Of a stretch of 32,000 nt of DNA, positions 29,271 to 32,000 are shown piece by piece. This DNA comes from Nitrosococcus oceani ATCC 19707 (GTDB lineage Bacteria; Pseudomonadota; Gammaproteobacteria; Nitrosococcales; Nitrosococcaceae): contig NC_007484.1 of the NCBI RefSeq assembly GCF_000012805.1, forward strand, positions 3,390,001-3,422,000. Direction: 5' to 3'. The position numbers and the translations under genes are program-made. The number at the start of each line of letters is the position of its first letter. Position 1 is the stretch's first letter. Below the pieces are notes generated by a model, which saw only the letters and a program-made list of their open reading frames with translations, searched no databases and was not told where the DNA came from.

Positions 29271-30669
29271 ACGCCGATTCACCTTGGGGATGACGCTTTT
29301 AGAGCGCCGCAGCCTCTTCTCCCTGGCTGGCATCTATTCCCTGCGTATGTTGGGATTATTTCTAATTCTGCCGGTCTTCTCCCTCTATGCCCATGATCTC
29401 CAGGGCGCTACCCCTGCCTTGATTGGCCTGGCCCTGGGCGCCTATGGGATTACCCAAGCACTGCTCCAGATTCCCTTCGGTTTACTCTCTGACCGTATTG
29501 GGCGCAAACCGATCATCACTGCTGGCCTGATCTTATTCGCCCTTGGGAGCATTGTGGCCGCTATGGCCGACACCATCGCCGGAGTCATCATTGGCCGGGC
29601 ACTGCAAGGTACCGGCGCTATTGCGGCGGCGGTTATGGCGCTGGTGGCCGATCTAACCCGGGAAGAGCAGCGGACCAAGGCCATGGCTTTAATTGGCCTC
29701 TCTATTGGCATGTCTTTTGCCGTTGCCCTGGCAGCAGGACCGGTACTCAACCAGTGGATCGGGGTACCGGGACTGTTCTGGCTGACCGCCATTCTAGCGG
29801 TCTTAGGAATCGCCGTGCTTCACCTAGGTGTTCCCCAGGTAACAGCACCCCGTCACCACCTGGACGTGGAACCCGCGCCTCAGCAGTTTCTCCGCGTGCT
29901 GGGAGATTTTCAGCTGATGCGCCTAGCGTTGGGAATCTTTTTTCTGCACCTTCTGCTGACCGCTAGCTTCGTGGTCCTGCCCATTAGTTTACGGGATGAA
30001 AGTGGTCTTGATCCTGCTTATCATGGTTATGTTTACCTGCCGGTATTGGTGACTTCCATCATCGCCATGGTGCCCTTTATCATTTTGGCGGAAAAAAAAC
30101 GCCGCATGAAAGAAGTGTTTATTGGCGCAGTAGCGGTGCTGGGCTTGGCGGAATTGGCCTGGCGCTTCTTTCATCCCTCTCTGGCAGGCACTATCGTTGC
30201 TTTATGGCTGTTCTTCACTGCCTTTAATCTGTTGGAAGCCACCTTGCCCTCTCTGGTCTCTAAGCAAAGCCCCGCCGGAAGTAAGGGTACCGCCATGGGA
30301 GTTTACTCCACCTGCCAATTTCTGGGGGCCTTTGTAGGCGGCTGGGCCGGCGGAGCCGTTTACGGGTATTTTGGCTTTGAAGGGGTCTTCACCTTTTGTG
30401 CTGGCATCGTAGCCTTGTGGCTAATCTTTGCCGCCACCATGGAGCCGCCCCAATACTTGCGCAGTCAAACCCTTTCTATCGGAAAAGTGAATCCTGATGA
30501 GGCTCAGCTTCTGGCGAAACGCCTTGCCCAAGTCACCGGCGTTGCCGATGTGGTAGTAGTTGCCGAAGAAGGGATAGCCTATCTCAAAGTGGATGATGAA
30601 CGGCTGGATAAAGCTGCTCTTACTGAAATTGGGCCAGAGCAGATGCAATCGACTCAACCTTCAATATAG
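29251..30669 (+). CDS. yajR: YajR-like MFS transporter with a C-terminal YAM (ferredoxin-fold) domain
   Basis: SLRMLGLFLILPVFSLYA...IGLALGAYGITQALLQIPFGLLSDRIGRKP...GRALQGTGAIAAAVMALVADLTREEQRTKAMA is collinear with E. coli YajR as I remember it. The C-terminal soluble extension of about 65 aa (NPDEAQLLAKRLAQVTGVADVVVVAEEGIAYLKVDDERLDKAAL) matches the YajR YAM domain pattern. The start could instead be the ATG at 29290. Confidence 0.8.
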   Translation: MKQNKAKRRFTLGMTLLERRSLFSLAGIYSLRMLGLFLILPVFSLYAHDLQGATPALIGLALGAYGITQALLQIPFGLLSDRIGRKPIITAGLILFALGSIVAAMADTIAGVIIGRALQGTGAIAAAVMALVADLTREEQRTKAMALIGLSIGMSFAVALAAGPVLNQWIGVPGLFWLTAILAVLGIAVLHLGVPQVTAPRHHLDVEPAPQQFLRVLGDFQLMRLALGIFFLHLLLTASFVVLPISLRDESGLDPAYHGYVYLPVLVTSIIAMVPFIILAEKKRRMKEVFIGAVAVLGLAELAWRFFHPSLAGTIVALWLFFTAFNLLEATLPSLVSKQSPAGSKGTAMGVYSTCQFLGAFVGGWAGGAVYGYFGFEGVFTFCAGIVALWLIFAATMEPPQYLRSQTLSIGKVNPDEAQLLAKRLAQVTGVADVVVVAEEGIAYLKVDDERLDKAALTEIGPEQMQSTQPSI

Positions 30670-30693
30670 CCTTACAGCAGGAGAAAATTTATC

Positions 30694-31185
30694 ATGGCAT
30701 CAAGGGGCGTTAACAAAGTCATCCTGGTAGGTAACCTGGGGCGCGATCCGGAAGTTCGTTATACCGCCAGCGGCGGAGCCATTGCCAATATCACCCTAGC
30801 GACTTCAGAAACCTGGAAAGATAAAACCACCGGCGAGCAGCAAGAGCGTACCGAATGGCACCGGGTGGTATTCTTCGGTCGCCTGGGGGAAATTGCCGGG
30901 GAGTATCTAAAAAAAGGCGCCAAAATTTATGTGGAAGGCCGCCTCCAAACTCGTAAGTGGCAGGGCCAAGACGGTCAGGACCGTTATACTACCGAGATTG
31001 TCGCCAGCGAAATGCAAATGCTGGATCGGGCCACAGGTGGTAGCGCCCCCTATAACGAGGATAATAGCATGCCAAGAGGAGGAACCGCGGGACACCCTCC
31101 TCACTCCCCATCCAGCCCTCAACCCCGGCCTTCAGCTCCCCCCTCCTCTAGCAATGACGATTTCGAGGATGATATTCCCTTTTGA
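30694..31185 (+). CDS. ssb: single-stranded DNA-binding protein
   Basis: It has an OB-fold N-terminus ([20 protein letters not shown]...[23 protein letters not shown]), a Pro/Ser-rich linker and the acidic tip DDFEDDIPF. Confidence 0.95.
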   Translation: MASRGVNKVILVGNLGRDPEVRYTASGGAIANITLATSETWKDKTTGEQQERTEWHRVVFFGRLGEIAGEYLKKGAKIYVEGRLQTRKWQGQDGQDRYTTEIVASEMQMLDRATGGSAPYNEDNSMPRGGTAGHPPHSPSSPQPRPSAPPSSSNDDFEDDIPF

Positions 31186-31197
31186 CCCGGATATAAG

Positions 31198-31227
31198 GCA
31201 AACGGTAAAGTTTGCTTCGTTTAATTT
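31198..31227 (+). terminator. weak candidate intrinsic terminator after ssb
   Basis: gcaaac-ggtaaa-gtttgc forms a 6-bp stem, followed by ttcgtttaattt. Confidence 0.3.
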
Positions 31228-31302
31228 ATATCTAACCGCTTGATTTATATCTAAATTTATAAATATTGAGACATTTGTGTTATATTCATTCATACTGTTG
31301 TG

Positions 31303-31635
31303 ATGAGATGTTCAATTGATTTGCGCAAACGAGTAATCGATTTTGTAAGGGGCGGTGGAAGCAAGGCGGAAGCGGCCCGGAGATTTCAGGTAGGCCGCGC
31401 GAGCATTTATCGCTGGTTGTCGCAGGATGATGCGCTGTGTTACGAGCGTCCCGGCCCTCGCCGTTCACACAAGCTGGACTGGGAGGCTTTACGGGTCCAT
31501 GTGGAAGACAAGGCTGCTCTCACCTATAAAGAACGCGCCCGGCATTTTGGCGTTTCGTATTACTGTATTTGGCATGCGATGCACAAAATGGGGTTAACCC
31601 GTAAAAAAAATGACGGGGTACACGCAGCGCTGTAA
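31303..31635 (+). CDS. IS630-family transposase, N-terminal HTH part (orfA)
   Basis: MRCSIDLRKRVIDFVRGGGSKAEAARRFQVGRASIYRWL...KLDWEALRVHVE...TYKERARHFGVSYYCIWHAMHKMGLTRKK is the typical IS630 N-terminus. It stops at 31633-31635, shortly after the A8 run. Confidence 0.85.
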   Translation: MRCSIDLRKRVIDFVRGGGSKAEAARRFQVGRASIYRWLSQDDALCYERPGPRRSHKLDWEALRVHVEDKAALTYKERARHFGVSYYCIWHAMHKMGLTRKKNDGVHAAL

Positions 31636-32000
31636 TATGAAAAGAAAGAGCTTTCTTCGCCTTCGTGAACGCTATCGCCGCCGCGGCAAAAGATTTGTCT
31701 ATCTTGATGAAAGCGGTTTTGAGCCGGAGGTTTCCCGTCGTTACGCTTACGCTCCAAAGGGGCGGCGTGTTTATGGTCTGATCTCCGGTCATCGCAGACC
31801 GCGAACCTCTTTATTGGCCGCCCGTATGGATGAAGGCTTTGAAGCGCCGTTTCTATTTGAGGGAACCTGTAACACGGCTGTGTTCAATGCATGGCTGGAA
31901 AAAGAGCTTTGCCCCTTGCTCAACAGCAACCACATTGTCATCATGGATAATGCTCCGTTCCACAAAGCCGTTTCTTCACGTGAAATCATCAAAAAAACAG
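31610..32000 (+). CDS. IS630-family transposase, DDE catalytic part (orfB; partial, open at the window end)
   Basis: Not in the ORF track because it is open at the edge. This frame is open from 31598, with ATGs at 31610 and 31637. It reads MTGYTQRCNMKRKSFLRLRERYRRRGKRFVYLDESGFEPEVSRRYAYAPKGRRVYG...HIVIMDNAPFHKA. That includes the first two acidic-residue motifs (YLDESGF, IMDNAPFH). Confidence 0.85.
   Translation, partial: MTGYTQRCNMKRKSFLRLRERYRRRGKRFVYLDESGFEPEVSRRYAYAPKGRRVYGLISGHRRPRTSLLAARMDEGFEAPFLFEGTCNTAVFNAWLEKELCPLLNSNHIVIMDNAPFHKAVSSREIIKKT

Larger units (their letters stand above)
31270..32000 (+). mobile_element. IS630-family insertion sequence (partial; right end beyond the window, left end not defined)
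   Basis: It contains the two transposase reading frames listed below. The left boundary is only bracketed: it lies after the ssb terminator region and before the ORF start at 31300/31303. I could not identify a terminal inverted repeat without the other end. Confidence 0.7.

Noticed and set aside
30463-30666. C-terminal soluble extension of the MFS transporter resembling a Cys-less HMA or ferredoxin fold
   Set aside because: This is not novel. It matches the YAM domain already described for E. coli YajR, so it is recorded as annotation evidence rather than a finding.
31224-31254. 12-bp direct repeat atttatatctaa (31224-31235 and 31243-31254) upstream of the IS630 ORF
   Set aside because: It is a short AT-rich repeat in an AT-rich spacer. 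Without the right end of the IS I cannot tell whether it relates to the terminal repeat or the target site.

Overview
This window reads as a core chromosomal segment of a gammaproteobacterium; I cannot assign a genus from sequence alone. All family calls below come from reading the supplied translations against motifs I remember, not from searches. There are about 27 well-supported CDS in familiar neighbourhoods. These are a DUF4124 protein, TauE/SafE, pyrE and ampG; yggU-yggT-proC-yggS divergent from pilT; hemE-purE-topA-smg-dprA-LysM(TsaP-like) divergent from def-fmt-rsmB-DUF4390-ntrY-ntrX-trkA; and uvrA divergent from a yajR-like MFS gene and ssb. I saw no rRNA, tRNA or CRISPR array. Two places are not core. 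The first is a 3.6-kb, visibly AT-richer interval between pilT and hemE (6987-10558). It holds decayed IS5-family transposase fragments, a dense cluster of inverted repeats, two orphan signal-peptide proteins and more than 1.5 kb with no convincing ORF. The second is an IS630-family element starting near 31.27 kb and running off the window, with its transposase split at an A8 run. I did not find a convincing novel multi-gene system. The best leads are modest: the pilT-hemE patch, the NtrX-like regulator whose AAA+ core has lost its catalytic and sigma54-contact motifs, the uncharacterised DUF4390 gene coupled to ntrYX, and an unusually long def-fmt spacer.
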